Positions 49,995 to 63,734 of a stretch of 64,000 nt of DNA are shown here, one piece after another. The stretch lies in NCBI GenBank assembly GCA_951406725.2, contig OX597823.1:58466001-58530000 (forward strand), read 5' to 3'. The position numbers and the translations under genes were made by a program. This DNA comes from Octopus vulgaris. Lineage: Eukaryota. The notes beneath the pieces are model-generated. The model had not been told where the DNA came from. It saw nothing but the letters and a program-made list of their open reading frames with translations, and made no database searches. Within the stretch, counting starts at the first letter, position 1. Each line of letters opens with the position of its first letter.

Positions 49995-50213
49995 ATGTGT
50001 GTGCATATATACATACACCTGTAAATATCAATAGTATATGTTCATACTTTAGCTACATGTGCATATGAGTGATTTACCATTGGGCTTCAGATAGAGAATA
50101 AAAATAACCACATCCACCAGCTGTGTTTATGTTTGCACTTATGTGTGTAATATGTATGTGTTTATCCTATTTGTTTTGTCATGCATCATTTGTGAAATTC
50201 TGGTGGCGGTTAA

Positions 50214-50437
50214 CCTTTTAACATTCAAACTGGCCTTAACAACTTGCGCCAATATACTACTTGTTTTATGTTAGGACTGACCAGATCCGACTTCAGACAA
50301 CTCTAGTTTACTGTGTCATTCTAAATATAAACAGTCACATCATCAAAATCTTGAACCTACAAGATAATGAATGATTAATTCAAAACAATACGAATAAATA
50401 AGCATTACATTTGATGAGTAATCTGAATGTTAAAGGG
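50214..50437 (-). mobile_element. piggyBac-type MITE
   Basis: TTAA|CCTTTTAACATTCA ... TGAATGTTAAAGGG|TTAA. Confidence 0.8.
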
Positions 50438-50809
50438 TTAAAAATGTGAAGAATTTGTTTGAATTGGATGGCTCATAAGCCACAGAATGCTGGAATCAAA
50501 AGTGACAGCCTGCTCATATTTAGCCATTATTCTTTCAGCATGGTAAGCTACATATACAGATTGCTTGCTATGATCAAGTTTTCTGTTGGCAGAATTTATG
50601 GTCTTGTGGTATTTATTCTAACTCCTTACATCTAATGCTCTTCCTGTCATTAACCCTCGCCTGGTTCCTATGGCCGGATGTAGTTTTCACAGAATACTGA
50701 AAACAAACAACATCACCTCTTTAATGGTGATGCTCATTTAGAGTCATTGTGTGATAATAAAACTAGGGTACACACATGCACATACATGTGTACACACACA
50801 TTTATATTT

Positions 50810-51182
50810 GTGGCTGTGTGGTAAGAAGTTTTCTTCTCAGTACATGGTTCTGGGTTTGGTTCCACTACATGGTACTTTGGGCAAGTGTCTTCTACTGTAA
50901 CCTTGTACCAACCAAAACCCTGTGAGTGGATTTTGTAGACGAAAACTGAAAGAAGCCCCTTAAATAAATGTGTGTGCGTGTGTGTGTGCTACCACTGTTT
51001 GACATCTGGTGTTGGTGTGTTCAGTACCCATAACTTAGTGGTTTGTCAAGAGACTGATAGAATAATTATTGGGTTTTAAAAAAGAGAATGTGAAGTAGTG
51101 AATTTTATTCGTTTGATTAAAATTCTTCATAGCAATGCCCCAGCATGGCCAGTCTAATGACTGAAACAAGTAAAGGATAAAA
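50810..51182 (+). mobile_element. SINE family A (diverged)
   Basis: Family head, body and GTAAAGGATAAAAG tail. Confidence 0.8.
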
Positions 51183-51208
51183 GTTTGTGTGTAGTATATA
51201 TATATATA

Positions 51209-51355
51209 TCATCATCATCATCATCGTTTAGTGTCCGTTTTCCATGCTAGCATGGGTTGGACGGTTCTACTGGGGTCTGTGAAGCCAGAAGGCTTCATCA
51301 GGCCCAGTCAAATCTGGCAGTGTTTCTACGGCTGGATGCCCTTCCTAACGCCAAC
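51209..51355 (-). mobile_element. RTE 3' end, nearly identical to the 38.6-kb LINE subfamily
   Basis: Reverse complement of ~39894-40040 (GATTTGACTGGGCCTGATGAAGCCTTCTGGCTTCACAGACCCCAG). Confidence 0.9.
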
Positions 51356-51654
51356 ATATATATATATATATATATATAATGAAGGAAATGGATAAAATTG
51401 ACTGGCAAGTTTGTCATTTAAAGACATTCAAATTCATAGAAAAATTCCTGACGACATGGTGCTTCTTTGCTTAATGTGCTAACAGAACTTCACGGTGATG
51501 TGTAAAATACTCGCTTCTGATTGGTTAAAGTTCTCATATTCTTATTGATAAAGTTTTTGAAATACCTATACATTTCAGTGACAAACTAATATACTTGGTT
51601 TTCATTGAACTCTGGTATAAACTGGACTAGGATGCTCGTATCCCTTCATGGAAT

Positions 51655-52008
51655 TTAGTTCCCAACCACATTGTTCTGGGTTTATTCCCACTGCATAACT
51701 CCTTGGGTTTGTGTTTTCTACTATAGCCTCGGGCTGACTAAAGCCATGTGAGGGGATATGGTAGATGGAAACTGAAAGAAGCCTGTCGTATATGTGTGTG
51801 TGTATATGTTTATGTCTGTGTTTGTCCCCCTACCATCGCTTGACAACCAATGTAGGTGTGTTTACATCCCTGTAACTTAGTGGTTCGGCAAAAGAGACCA
51901 ATAGAATAAGTATTAGGCTTCCATGGAATAAGTCCTGGAGTCGATTTGTTCAACTAAAGGCAGTGCTCCAGCATGGCCGCAGTCAGGATAAATGAAGCAA
52001 ATAAAAGA
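51655..52008 (+). mobile_element. SINE family A
   Basis: Family body and tail. Confidence 0.85.
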
Positions 52009-52029
52009 ATATATATATATATATATGAA

Positions 52030-52367
52030 CATTAATGGAATTTGTAGTTTTGTGGTACCAGTGCCGGTGGCACATACGAAAACCATCCGAACATGGCCGT
52101 AGCTAGTACCGCATTGACTGGCCTCCGTGCCGGTGGCACGTAAAAAACACCATCCGAGCGTGGCCATTCGCCAGCCTCGTTTGGCACCTGTGTCGGTGGC
52201 ACATAAAATCACCCACTACACTCTCGGAGTGGTTGGCGTTAGGAAGGGCATCCAGCTGTAGAAACACTGCCAGATCTGACTGGCCTGGTGCAGCCTTCGG
52301 GCTTCCCAGACCCCAGTTGAACCGTCCAACCCATGCTAGCATGGAAAGCGGACGTTTAACGATGATG
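52030..52367 (+). mobile_element. RTE 3'UTR fragment
   Basis: Three GTG-CGGTGGCAC units, then the conserved 3' end and GATGATG. Confidence 0.88.
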
Positions 52368-55300
52368 CATATATATATTATGGGTTCGTTTCAGTTTCCA
52401 ACTACTGGCTCTACTCACAAGACTTTGCTGTAGTTAGTGACTCTTGCCCCAGATACTTTGCTTTGGGACTGAAACCAAAGACCTCATGACTGGGGAAACA
52501 ATTTTCTCAGCCACACACACACGCATGAAAAATGTGCAATCATAGAAAGTCCTGACATGTGCAAATATGTGGATTTTTAGCTTTATCTTTTCCATTCACT
52601 TTTCTCATACATGGTTGCATCTACCTGTATTTTCACTCCAACACATTTGCAACAAGCCAAATTGTTTATTACAGAAATATTCTTTTGTTTTTACTTATCA
52701 CATAAATATTGTTAGTATTGTAGATCTTGAAAAATTCTCACATGTCAAATTTGTTTCCATTTCTGACAGACAATCTATTAGCTGTCCTTTTTCTTTTTTT
52801 TTTTTTTTCACTTTCTTTCTTGTTTGATTTTATTTTTGTATATTTTTCTCTTTAGTTTTTTTTTTGTTTCTTTCTTTTTTTTATCACATCTGCTTTTCTA
52901 ATATAAACTTAAGAATTGATTGTCGAATTTTCCTCTGATACATACAAATCTCTTGATTTCCTTTTTCTCAATCACTTGTTTTCATGATTTCGAAAAGAAA
53001 AACAAAATTATAAAAAAAAGTAAAAGAAAACGAAAAATACTCTTCAAAAAAAAAAAAAAAAAAAGCAAAGCAAAAAAAGATATTAAAATAATTGGAAAGT
53101 AAAATAGTTTGTTGAGAAAAATATTTGGATATTTGGTAGCAGTCTTTTCGGTTTGTCAGTTATTTATATCTTCGCCCATTTTCATTTATAAATTTGTTTT
53201 CGAAATGCATTTGAATTGCGAGTCGTTGTCTATCTAAAAAGCGTGATATTTTTATTTACACTTGAATGAGGAAAACCATTAGTGGCTTGCATTAATGTAT
53301 GTATGCACACAAACACACACATATTTATATATATATATATATGTTTTATACTTCTCTCATCTTCCATATGCTTGTTATTAATTTTGTCATGCTAAGGGTT
53401 GATATCTAACAGATAATAATCTGTAATGCTTTTTCTCTCTTTCTCTGTCTGTCTGGTCTGTCTCTCTCTGAATGTGATGGATATTTGGTTTTGTTCACTT
53501 TTTATAGGTTTTTTTTCCTTTTAATATGTTTTTCTTTTTTCTTTTTTTCATCTTTGCACCAGCTCAAATATGATGTCTGTATATTTTTGCATGATAAGTT
53601 TAAAGGCATATATGTATGCAACATTGTGTTATTCACCTTCTAATTGCATCTTCATCAAAATTTTATCTACTTCAACTTTTTAAAAAGAAAAAAGGGAACA
53701 AAAAAAAAAACCAAAACAAACCTAGTATATAAATAATACACCAATGATAATGATTTATAAGTTTTATATTTATTTATTGTTCTTGTTGCATCAAGTTATT
53801 TATTGTATTTAAATAATTGAAAATAGTTTCTATGCTGAAGAAAGAAGTGCAAAATCAAAACTTTGGATGAGTGTATGTATGTGTATTCTATATTCAAGAA
53901 GCCATTAACAAATGAAAAGTTGAGGTTCAAATTATGGATTAAAATATTTGTTCTTATGTATGGATGTTTCAGAATATGTAAAATGGTTAACAAAATGCTC
54001 TATGGTAGGCATTTATGTCCTTTTATGTTTTGTGTTCAAATTCTGCTGTTGTCAGCTCAGCTCAGCTTTGCTTTTGTCCTTCTTAGATAAAATAAGTAGC
54101 AATTAACACACCGGAATCAATATAATCAAATGAAACCCTCCTCTTCGGCAAAACGTTTGGGTGTTGTTGTTATGGGGTGGTGGGGTGTTACTGAGATAAG
54201 TATTATTGCTGAGTAAGAAAAAAAGAAGACAAAAATAATGTGCGAAATGTTTCCGAAATGGGAAGGTTGTAAACACAACTTTTATAAGTTGATAGCTTAA
54301 TAAAGATTTTTGTTGTAGTTGTTGTTGTTGTCGCATAGCCATAGGGCCAGCTCTGCTTAAGCTGCATACCTATGGCTTGGTTGCCATTTCTAATTGTAGC
54401 TCTCGTCTTTACCGTGAGCTTGTTTTTGTTACGATTTAGGACTTAATCATACACTCCCCAATATTAACGGCAGCAGGGAATTTGTTGAAAGAGATTTTGG
54501 CTGCCCCATTGAGCAAAGCCAAGTGATTAATATCGAAGCATCCTTTTTATTTTATTATTATTATTTTTTTTTTGTTGGTTAGTATGTCTGTTATGCTTCT
54601 GTATCTTGCAGGTAAAAATTACAGATTCCCTGGTAGAAGACTACGTTACTTCCCCCCATCCACCCACAAGTCTGAATACTGTGATGCCAAATTCAGTAGT
54701 TAAGCTAATTTTCACCTACTGTTAACACTGCCACGAGCAAAGCTGGAATAAATGAATATTTGGTTTGACATTCTTGCCAAGCAAAACATTACCACTTTAA
54801 AATTTTCCATTCATTAGCCAGACAAAAAAAAAAAATGTTTGTTTTTCTTAAGAGTTAAATACAATTATTTAATAGCTTTGCATAGTTGAAGGTCAGTCGG
54901 TGTTTACCCTAATGTAAAATGGTTTTATCTTGTCACATGAGGTCATTAATATTTATGCTAGCAGTGAGAGCCTTTATGTAACATATAAAGTTCACCTTTT
55001 GCCAACTTTAAAGAAAAGTCTGGTAGAATTTGAATAGAAACTTTGATCAAGGAGCAAACATCTGAAAATACATTTAGTCTCTTACTCATCCTTCTTCTCT
55101 CAGCTGAATCTATGTGGTCTATATCCATCATGTCTTGTATCTTTTAGCTGCTGGGTGTCTTTACTATACAGCTTCCTGCTGCTTTTATGTCTTCGTTTTC
55201 TAAGATCTTATATCCTCAGGCTTGTTACCGTGGCCTAAGCCTCGTTAAGTTGGTTTGTCATGGTAATTAAGAATTGCCAACTAAAACTCACTTCAGTGTT

Positions 55301-57035
55301 ATAGCTGTGTTGCTATTATAGGTAATCTTAAGATTTTAGAAATGAACTTTTGTTTTATTTTGAGAAGTTCTTTAACATTGACTACAGATATTGTAAAAAT
55401 TATTTTCCATATAGCACAGTCAAAGAAAGAAATTTAATCCAGTAATTCTCCAATATTGTGAAAGGCTTTGCTTTATGCTGTATGTATATCTTCTATGTCT
55501 GCCTGACTGACTAACTCTGTGTGTGTGTGTTTCTTTCTCTTTGTAATGTCTTCATTTGGTTTGCGAGTCTTATTTTGTGAGCTCATATAAGTACTAGTTG
55601 ATGACTGGGGTCAATGTAATCGACTCGCCTCCACCTCAAAATTGTTGGACTTCTATTAAAATATTTAAAAACGTTATTATTATTATTATTGTTATCAAAT
55701 AATATAGTCTCACTTGAATGTAGATCCAAATACTCCTTGTTATATTGCGATAAAAGATATATCTTACAAGTTTCAAGGGTAACTTGAAATATATGAGGCT
55801 TGACTGAGATGAGGTTTTTTTGATATCCATTTTAGCATATCAGTTGATAAACTTTGACCTATTGTTGTGCTAAAGAAATTAAACAAACTGCAAACCAAGT
55901 ACAGATGGAATTAACAGATATTACTGATGGATATAACTCCAGCCACAACAAAGACTCAAATTTCAATAGTGTGATATGGTTAATAAAATTTGTCTTTTAA
56001 TGTATGTAAGGGGTGATGGTGTCATAACATTGTCACCTGCCACTAATCCCTTTTATAACATAACCCTCTACCTCAATCCATTGAGTTTTATAATGTAACA
56101 TCTATCTCTTATTATTTAACCCTTCTGTATCAGTTATTGGTTTTAAACATGACTCTCGCCAAATGGACCGATGTCTAGATTTGGATTCAATGGCTTGTCA
56201 ATTTGTGGTTGCCACTTATGATAGCTAGCGATACTTACCCTCTACCCCCTCCAATTCCTAACTAAGCCATACAAGTTATACCAACAGGTGGAATCAAAGG
56301 TTATTCATCTAAGAAAGCAGTAACTCTAAATAAAACTGCAGAGTTAAGGGTTCTATGTTGCAGAAAGTCTCTTTAGTGTCAGTGCCCCAGAAATGCTTCT
56401 AGAATATGACATATTTCAAAAGAATGAAGAAGCCATACTACAAATGACCGTGGTTGATATGTGAACTCTGCAATCCATTATTATGTGTTATACATCTAGG
56501 ATGTATAACACTTACTCATGTGCTGGTGATACAATGGAACACACTTGGTTCATACTGTAAGATTAGTTGGTATTTTTTTTCTCTATTGCCGTGTACCCAG
56601 TATCATGGGCTGTGTTGAGAGCTGTGAAGCCTATCCAACGTGTACTAGCATGAATGCAAAATGATTTGATATTTGTGTGTAATAGGCCATTGTTTTTTGG
56701 TTGGGCAGCTTCTTTCTTTTTTCATGCTATAAGAAGATGTGAGGGGAATGCAGTGGCTGTGCTGAGAGAGGTGGAAGAGAGTGAAAATAAGTAGTATGAA
56801 CAAAGGTAGTGGAGTTACATTTTGATCGAGAAAAAAAACGAGAGAAAACTATATATATATTATATAACATTTGACAGTAATCTGAATGCTAAATGGTCAA
56901 TATCATTATGGATAATGTTATAAAACTTAGTGGATCCTGAGCATGCTGAGGAAAGCTTCATCTCAAAGTGAATACATTAAATGGTTTTCATTATATATAA
57001 AAATTACACTTAAAAAAACAGATTTTACCATCTAA

Positions 57036-57161
57036 CCCTTGAGCATTCAGATTATTCTGTCAAATGTAATGGATAGGGTGCAAGTGGCCGGGTCTGGCTG
57101 GTTTAAACATAAAACAGGTTGAATATTTGGGCTGGATATGGTTGGTTTAAATGCTAATGGG
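57036..57161 (+). mobile_element. piggyBac-type MITE, internally deleted
   Basis: CCCTTGAGCATT ... AATGCTAATGGG|TTAA. Confidence 0.7.
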
Positions 57162-58907
57162 TTAACCACAGCAGCATTGTGTGAACATTTTAGACTGGGA
57201 GAATGAAGGGACGCGAGTAATAATCACAGCTGAAGCTCATTCTTGCATTGGTTTTGAACTTAAAGCAATATAATTATTGGAGTTAGCAATGTATTTATTG
57301 CTGAGCCATGAATACAGAAATGTGATCTATTTCTCTTTGGTGCCTTTGGAAAGAAGAAGAAGGAAAAAGAGAAAGAAATGGAAAATGAAGAATTGTGGTG
57401 GTGGGGAAGCTGTGCATTCTTGTGATTTTTGTGTGGAATTTAGCGTGCCTGTCGGATCACTGAGGAGAGGATAATTACATTTAAGCAACTCCATGTAAGG
57501 CTTTAAGGAAATTAAAATTGTCAATCTTAATAAAAAGGCAAGAGAAAGACGAATAAACACAAACAACTCCTTCTACAAGACATGTGATAAACAATGCTAT
57601 CTCCAGTTTCCATGTTGCTCTTGTTTATTCTCTGTTAATCAACATATAAGTATATAAATAAATAAGATATATCTAGTGAAAGTATGTGGATAGAGGTGGA
57701 TTAGTTAAAAATGCTTAGTTTACTTTGGTTAATTCTTACTCGGCTAAAATTTCCAGTGTAGATCATATCTTGTGAGATTGCAAAACCCATTTCCTAACTT
57801 TTACTGAATCTGTTTTTGTCTTGCTTTTTTTTCTCTCTTCCTTCTCTCTCTTCCTTCTCTCTCTTCCTTCTCTCTGCTTTCTCTTTGTCTTTCTTTCCTT
57901 CCTTCTGTTTTTGTATCTTTTTCTCTGTCTTTCTCCTTATCTCTCATTATTTTTCAATTAGTAGTTAAATTACATTTTGAACTGCCTTAAAGAATATCTT
58001 AGGTTTTTTTATTTGCTGTTTATATAAGTCTCAGCTGATAAAGTAAATGGAAAATGTGTGTGTGTGTATGGACAGGAGTTGTGTGTGTGTGTGTGTGTGT
58101 GTGTGTGGACAGGAGTTGTGTGTGGGTGTGGAATCTGAAAGAGAAATGCTTATGGCAATATCGTTTTGATAAGGGTTAGCTGCTGGAGAGAATATAATGT
58201 AGCATTGGTATCAACCACTGCACTATTTTTTAATAGCAATTTCATGTCACACTTCTTGCATTGGAAAACAAAATGAAAGAAAAAAATAGACAAATGAAAA
58301 AAAACCACACTGCTATCTCTTTAAAAGCTATTTCAGCTGAAACTACTTACTATTAAAATGTAGACACGAAGCTGTGAAAGCCTTGTCACAATCTGACAAA
58401 GGTGACCAATGTTGTTTGCTAGTGTATGAGTGTGGCATGTAAAAAAAAAAAAAAAAAGGCTTTTTTCTTTTTTTTTTTTTTTTTAAACTTAAATCATTGC
58501 CAAATGACTATCTGAAGGTTTATTTTCTTTTTTTACTGGGTATGCCAGAATTAGTAAGATCAAAACAAAAAATGTAGATATAGCATTAATTTTATTTTTT
58601 ATAACAGCGATTACCTGGAAATGGGGAATGTAGTTGTAGGTGATGTTTTGTAGCTGTGCCCCTTTTTGCAATCTGAGTTCAAGTCCAACCTAGATCCACG
58701 TGGCCATTTATATTCTTCTGTGGTGTGGTCAATTAAAACAAGTCCTGGGACTGATGGTGGTGACCCAGCAAAGTCACTGTCCAGTGACTACGACAAGTGT
58801 GTTGTTTTCTAGTGCTACCACTCAACTCAAACTCATTTATTTCTTGCTCTGTTTCTGCATTTACACCAGGGTGCTTATTGTGGTCTTTATATATATATAT
58901 ATATATA

Positions 58908-59265
58908 GCCGCAGGAGTGGCTGTGTGGTAAGTAGCTTGTTTACCAGCCACATGGTTCCGGGCATCTTGGGCAAGTGTCTTCTGCTATAGCCCCGAGCCG
59001 ACCAATGCCTTGTTAGTGGATTTGGTAGACGGAAACTGAAAGAAGCCTGTCGTATATATGTATATGTATATATATGTGTATGTGTGTGTATATGTTTGTG
59101 TGTCTGTGTTTGTCAACCGATGCTCTTAGCGGTTCGGCAAAAGAGACCGATAGAATAAGTACTGGGCTTACAAAGAATAAGTCCCGGGGTCGATTTGCTC
59201 GACCAAAGGGGGTGCTCCAGCATGGCCGCAGTCAAATGACTGAAACAAGTAAAGGAGTAAAGAGT
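58908..59265 (+). mobile_element. SINE family A
   Basis: GCAGGAGTGGCTGTGTGGTAAG head to GTAAAGGAGTAAAGAG tail. Confidence 0.9.
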
Positions 59266-59268
59266 ATA

Positions 59269-60550
59269 TAGGGTGGCCCAAAAGTAGGTTTGCAGTTATC
59301 ATGTAGGCACTTTAAATTTCTTTTAAAACATTTTATTACATTTAAGTTTCTCTTACCATCATATTGTTTATGCACATCTTAAACAATGTTTAATCTCTCA
59401 ATTGCTCAAAATGTCTTCCCTCAACATTGCAACATTCTTCAAACTTGTTCATAACACTCTGACGCACAGTGCGGCACATATTCCGATCCTCATCAATTTC
59501 AGTGAATGCGTCAAAAATGTAATCTTTTAATTCATTTACTGATTTTGGGATTTTTCTCATAAACCTTGTTCCTTACAACACCCCAAAAATGAAATTTTTT
59601 GGCGTCGTCCAGGTCAGGTGAATGTGGTGACCATGCGATGCTACCCCATCTTCCAAACCAACGCTGTGGAAAGGTGTGGTTAAGGTAGTCTCTTACTGTC
59701 AACGCATAATGTGAAGGTGCTCTGTCTTGCTGAAGGAACAGTTCATCAAAGTTAATTTTGGTTCTGAATTGTGGTACTACCATGTCATGAAGCACTTCCA
59801 AGTAGTTCTATCCATTTACAATTCTTTCAAAGAAAATGGGTCTGATAACACCTTTGCTTGAAAGTGCTCCATAGACTGTAACACCAGGCTGATTCAGTTG
59901 AAATTCTATAGTCAAACGGGGATTTTCATCAGCTCAGTACATGCAGTTATACCTTGTTACATGACTGGATAATATCCATTAGCAATTTGTCATGCATCAT
60001 TTTACAGAATTTCAGCCAGCAATATGGGTTGTCCTCCAAAAGCTTATGCATTAGGCATTGCAATGATGTTCTTAGTATGGATAGTTCTAGAGAAGCATGT
60101 TGTGTGGACTTCTTTGGACTGTTCACTAATGTCATAGTCACTAACATCTCATTTTTTTCAGTCACAGAAGTCTTAGAGCATTCAGATCTTGGAGCACTGA
60201 ACTTGTGGCATCAAACTTATTTCTTATCCTATAAATTATCTGGCATGAAGGTGGAGGAGTGTGAAAGGCTTCTTGCCTTGTCGTGTGCACCTGTTCAGCA
60301 TTTTCAGACTTCCAATGCTGCTTTAGTATCCACTTTCTTTGCTCTTGATTTAATTTGTTTGCCATGGCTCACACTTTAGAGTACCTGTAAAAAAAAAAAA
60401 AATTACAAACTGAAAAAGGAGCTTGACCAAATTAACTAAATTAGCATACAATAACGATTTCATATTTTTTTTATAATTAAGATTTAAACTGTAAATATAT
60501 GAATGTGAAAGAGATAGTTGAATAACTATAAACCTACTATTAAGACACTG
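59269..60550 (-). mobile_element. Near full-length decayed DD41D-type Tc1/mariner transposon
   Basis: TIRs AGGGTGGCCCAAAAGTAGGTTTGCAGTTAT / ATAACTATAAACCTACTATTAAGACACTG; fragments MANKLNQEQRKWILKQHWK and FLQQDRAPSHY...WSPHSPDL (SPDL ends 38 residues after the second Asp, as in DD41D). Confidence 0.9.
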
Positions 60551-60552
60551 TG

Positions 60553-60599
<47 letters not shown>

Positions 60600-60603
<4 letters not shown>

Positions 60604-60810
60604 ATTTCTGTGTGTGTCTGTTTGTCCCCCACCATCACCTGACAGCTGATGCTGGTGTGTTTATGTCCTCATAACTTAGTGGTTCAGCAAAAAAAAAAGA
60701 TGGATAGAATAAGTACTAGGCTTACAAAGAATAGGTCCTCAATTTCTTAGACTAAAACCCTTTAAGGCGGCCACAGTCAGATGACTGAAACTAGTAAAAG
60801 AATAAAAGAA
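60600..60810 (+). mobile_element. SINE family A 3' half
   Basis: TTTGTCCCCCACCATC ... GTAAAAGAATAAAAGAA. Confidence 0.75.
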
Positions 60811-61940
60811 TATTGAAATTCAAATACAAAACAAAATTCTGCCTGTTCCAGGTAATTGCTGTTTTAAGATTAATTTGTGTCTGGCTCAATTCAATATTAT
60901 ATCTACTTTTTCTTTTTGCTTTTTTAATTTTTTTGGGGTTCTTTTTTATTTTTCTAAATTAATATTTTATTTTTAGAATTTAATTCTCATTTTTAAAAGT
61001 TAAATCTCCCCGTAGCATTTTATTTCCATGATAGACAGGTGATAGAAATGTAGCATATTTCAGACGGCATAGACTAAATTAAATGCAATAAATGTTTGTT
61101 TTTTTCCCCCTATGAACTGTTTTAAAATTTGAATTTATCTTTTATTTGTAATTTTTACATCAGTTTGCTTTTTATCCTTGCTTAATTGGCAATATCAAAG
61201 TAGTGTCATAGTGTAAAAATACCTTGTGGTGTTTAGTCATTTTTTTTCTTTTACATTTCAAAATTTCAGTCTTGCTAAGGTTGATGCCACCTTTCATTTT
61301 TCTTGGTGTGTCAGTTATTTAAGGCTATCGACAAAAAAGCATTGGTATTGATGATAAAGTCAACTGCTTCTTTGATTTGAAATTAATGACCCCGTGCATA
61401 AACCCTCTTTCCTTGAATATAGATGCATATATACGCATGCATACACACATGTGCACACAACAGGTTTCCTGCAGTTTCCAGCTATCAGATGCCCTTACGT
61501 GGTTGCTTTGCTAAGTAGACTTCTTAATTGCTCTTTCTCAGCTACTCACACTCACCCCATATAATGTGGGGTGGCCAGGCATCTCTATAGCAAGACATGT
61601 GCTTGTCTCTCCTTCTCACCCTCCTCCCTACTTTGCCAGCATGTTTTCCCCCACCCCTACTTTGTTTAAGTTGTCTTGCAAGTTGTTTGGCAACCTAACT
61701 AGTGTCAGTGGCATGGCAAAAAGCATCCTGTACACATAGTGATCTCTTTGGCATTTGGAAAGGCATCCAGCTGTAGAAGTCGTGCCATAGTTGATGCTGG
61801 AACTCAGCGTTGCCTTGTGACTGGCCAGATTCTGTGAAACCACCCAACCCATACCAGCATGGAAAGTGAACAGTAATTGTCGATTATGATGTGCTTATAC
61901 ATATCTACATTTACACGCCCACACACTCTCACACTGTTAA

Positions 61941-63015
61941 CCCTTTCGTTACCAAACCGCCCAAAGCCACCCGAAAAATATTTTGGTTTATGAGACCAAA
62001 CCGCCCAAAGCCGCCTATTCATATTTAAATGAGAATATCAGAGCAAATCTCTTCAGTACATTCGTGAAAACACGTATTATACTTCGTAAACAGTTCAACT
62101 ACAGTTTTGTACAATAATCGAAGTGTAATTTTAATTCCGTGAATTTTGGGAGATTTTTTTCCGAAATTTGTTCCTATTGTGTTTTCAAAATTTGTAATTC
62201 TGACAAAAAATGGATACGAATTTCATTATATCAAGCAGCGAGTCAGAATTCGAAGGATTTTCTACTGAAGACCTTCATAAATCTAACTCTATGACTGAAA
62301 AAAAAAAGCATGTGGTATTTGATAATGAATCTGATGTTTCATTTTCCGAAAGTGAAAACAGTGAATCCGAGAGCTCCGATAGCGATAAAGAAAACGAATT
62401 GGCACCTGAATGGAGTGAAAATTTAAAACTGTTTCTTTCGGTGATTTTTCTGAAGAAACTGGACCAAGCCACAGACTTTCCCAGAGGAGTAAAGCCTTAG
62501 ACTATTTCTATTTACTTTTTCGAATGAGCCTATTTGAAATCATTACGGCAGAAACGAACCATTACGCTAAACGTAAACAAAGCGAAAGAATGGATAGTTT
62601 GTTATTTCCCACAACCTTAAATGAAATTAAGACTATTTTGCCATAAATATTATTATGGGTATCAGAAAGTTACCCAGAATAACAAATTCTATCGTAAAAT
62701 TTTGTTGTATACCCAATTGAATATTAGCTAATAACCCATTTTCTATAGCGATGTTTGAACAAAATTTTAATAATTTTATATTTTGTGGAATTTACCTGTA
62801 TCTACCTGCAATTAGAGTCACTTTGTGACAAAAATTATAGTATAGAATTGGTTGAGAATATTTCATTAAATTATCTTCCAAAAATCAGATTAATATATCG
62901 ATAAATAAAAAAGTTATAGTTGTTTAATGAAACCAGACTAAATTTATGATTACGTTAGAAATTAATTGAAACACATAAGGGGTGTAATTTGGTCAGAAAT
63001 ATAGTAACGAAAGGG
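61941..63015 (+). mobile_element. Internally deleted piggyBac transposon
   Basis: TTAA|CCCTTTCGTTAC ... GTAACGAAAGGG|TTAA; acidic Ser-rich N-terminus (ORF 62210-62500), then frameshifted LDYFYLLFRMSLFEIITAETNHYA...TTLNEIK...IIMGIRKLP, typical of piggyBac transposase. Confidence 0.9.
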
Positions 63016-63734
63016 TTAAAGACTGGATTCAAAGGATACTAGCAGCAGTCTGTGTTTTCAAGAAATTATTTAATTATTAACTGGCGGGTAATACAGCAAG
63101 GTTATATCAGCCATTATATCAATATTCACCCCAGCATTTCTACAAAGAGGAAACAATCATTTTATTTGTCTGAATTTGTTGATATTACTTTTAACAGTCT
63201 TGCATAACAATAATACTGTTGTGGTGCATTATTCTGTTCTCCACCCACCGCAGTATTTTGTTACCATTGTATTTTTGTTTAAAAGCTTAAAAGATTTTAG
63301 CAAAGTATACAATGGGTGAAGCAGTTTGGATATATTTAGAGAAGGAATAATATATTGATTATTATTATTACCATTTGAGACATGGTTATTATCATTCTTC
63401 GAAAAGAAAATACAGTCTATTTGAAACAACCTTTAAATTCTTAAAGAACTGCTTTTATGTTTCCTATTTAAAACTTTTTTTTTTGTAGATCAAATTTCTT
63501 TTTTTCTCTTTTACATGCTATCAACTTTTGTTCCAATATTGGCAACTGAAAAACTAGAAGAAATGTCTATAGATTTGGTCTTGTTCAAATTTGTTTTTTT
63601 CTTAGTATGTAATCCTAATTTGAGCTTGTAGGAGTCGTGTTTTTTTTTTTTTTTATGGTTTTACATTATTTCTTCAAAATGTTGCCTCCCTCTGCTTTTT
63701 TTTTTTTTTTCATTTTCATCATCATGAATGCAGA

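Noticed and set aside
51440-51520. CTGACGA resembling a hammerhead core
   Set aside because: No stem II followed by GAAA and no stem I partner found.
56485-56511. Perfect 12-bp hairpin GTGTTATACATC-TAG-GATGTATAACAC
   Set aside because: Too short and isolated to interpret; no associated element ends seen.
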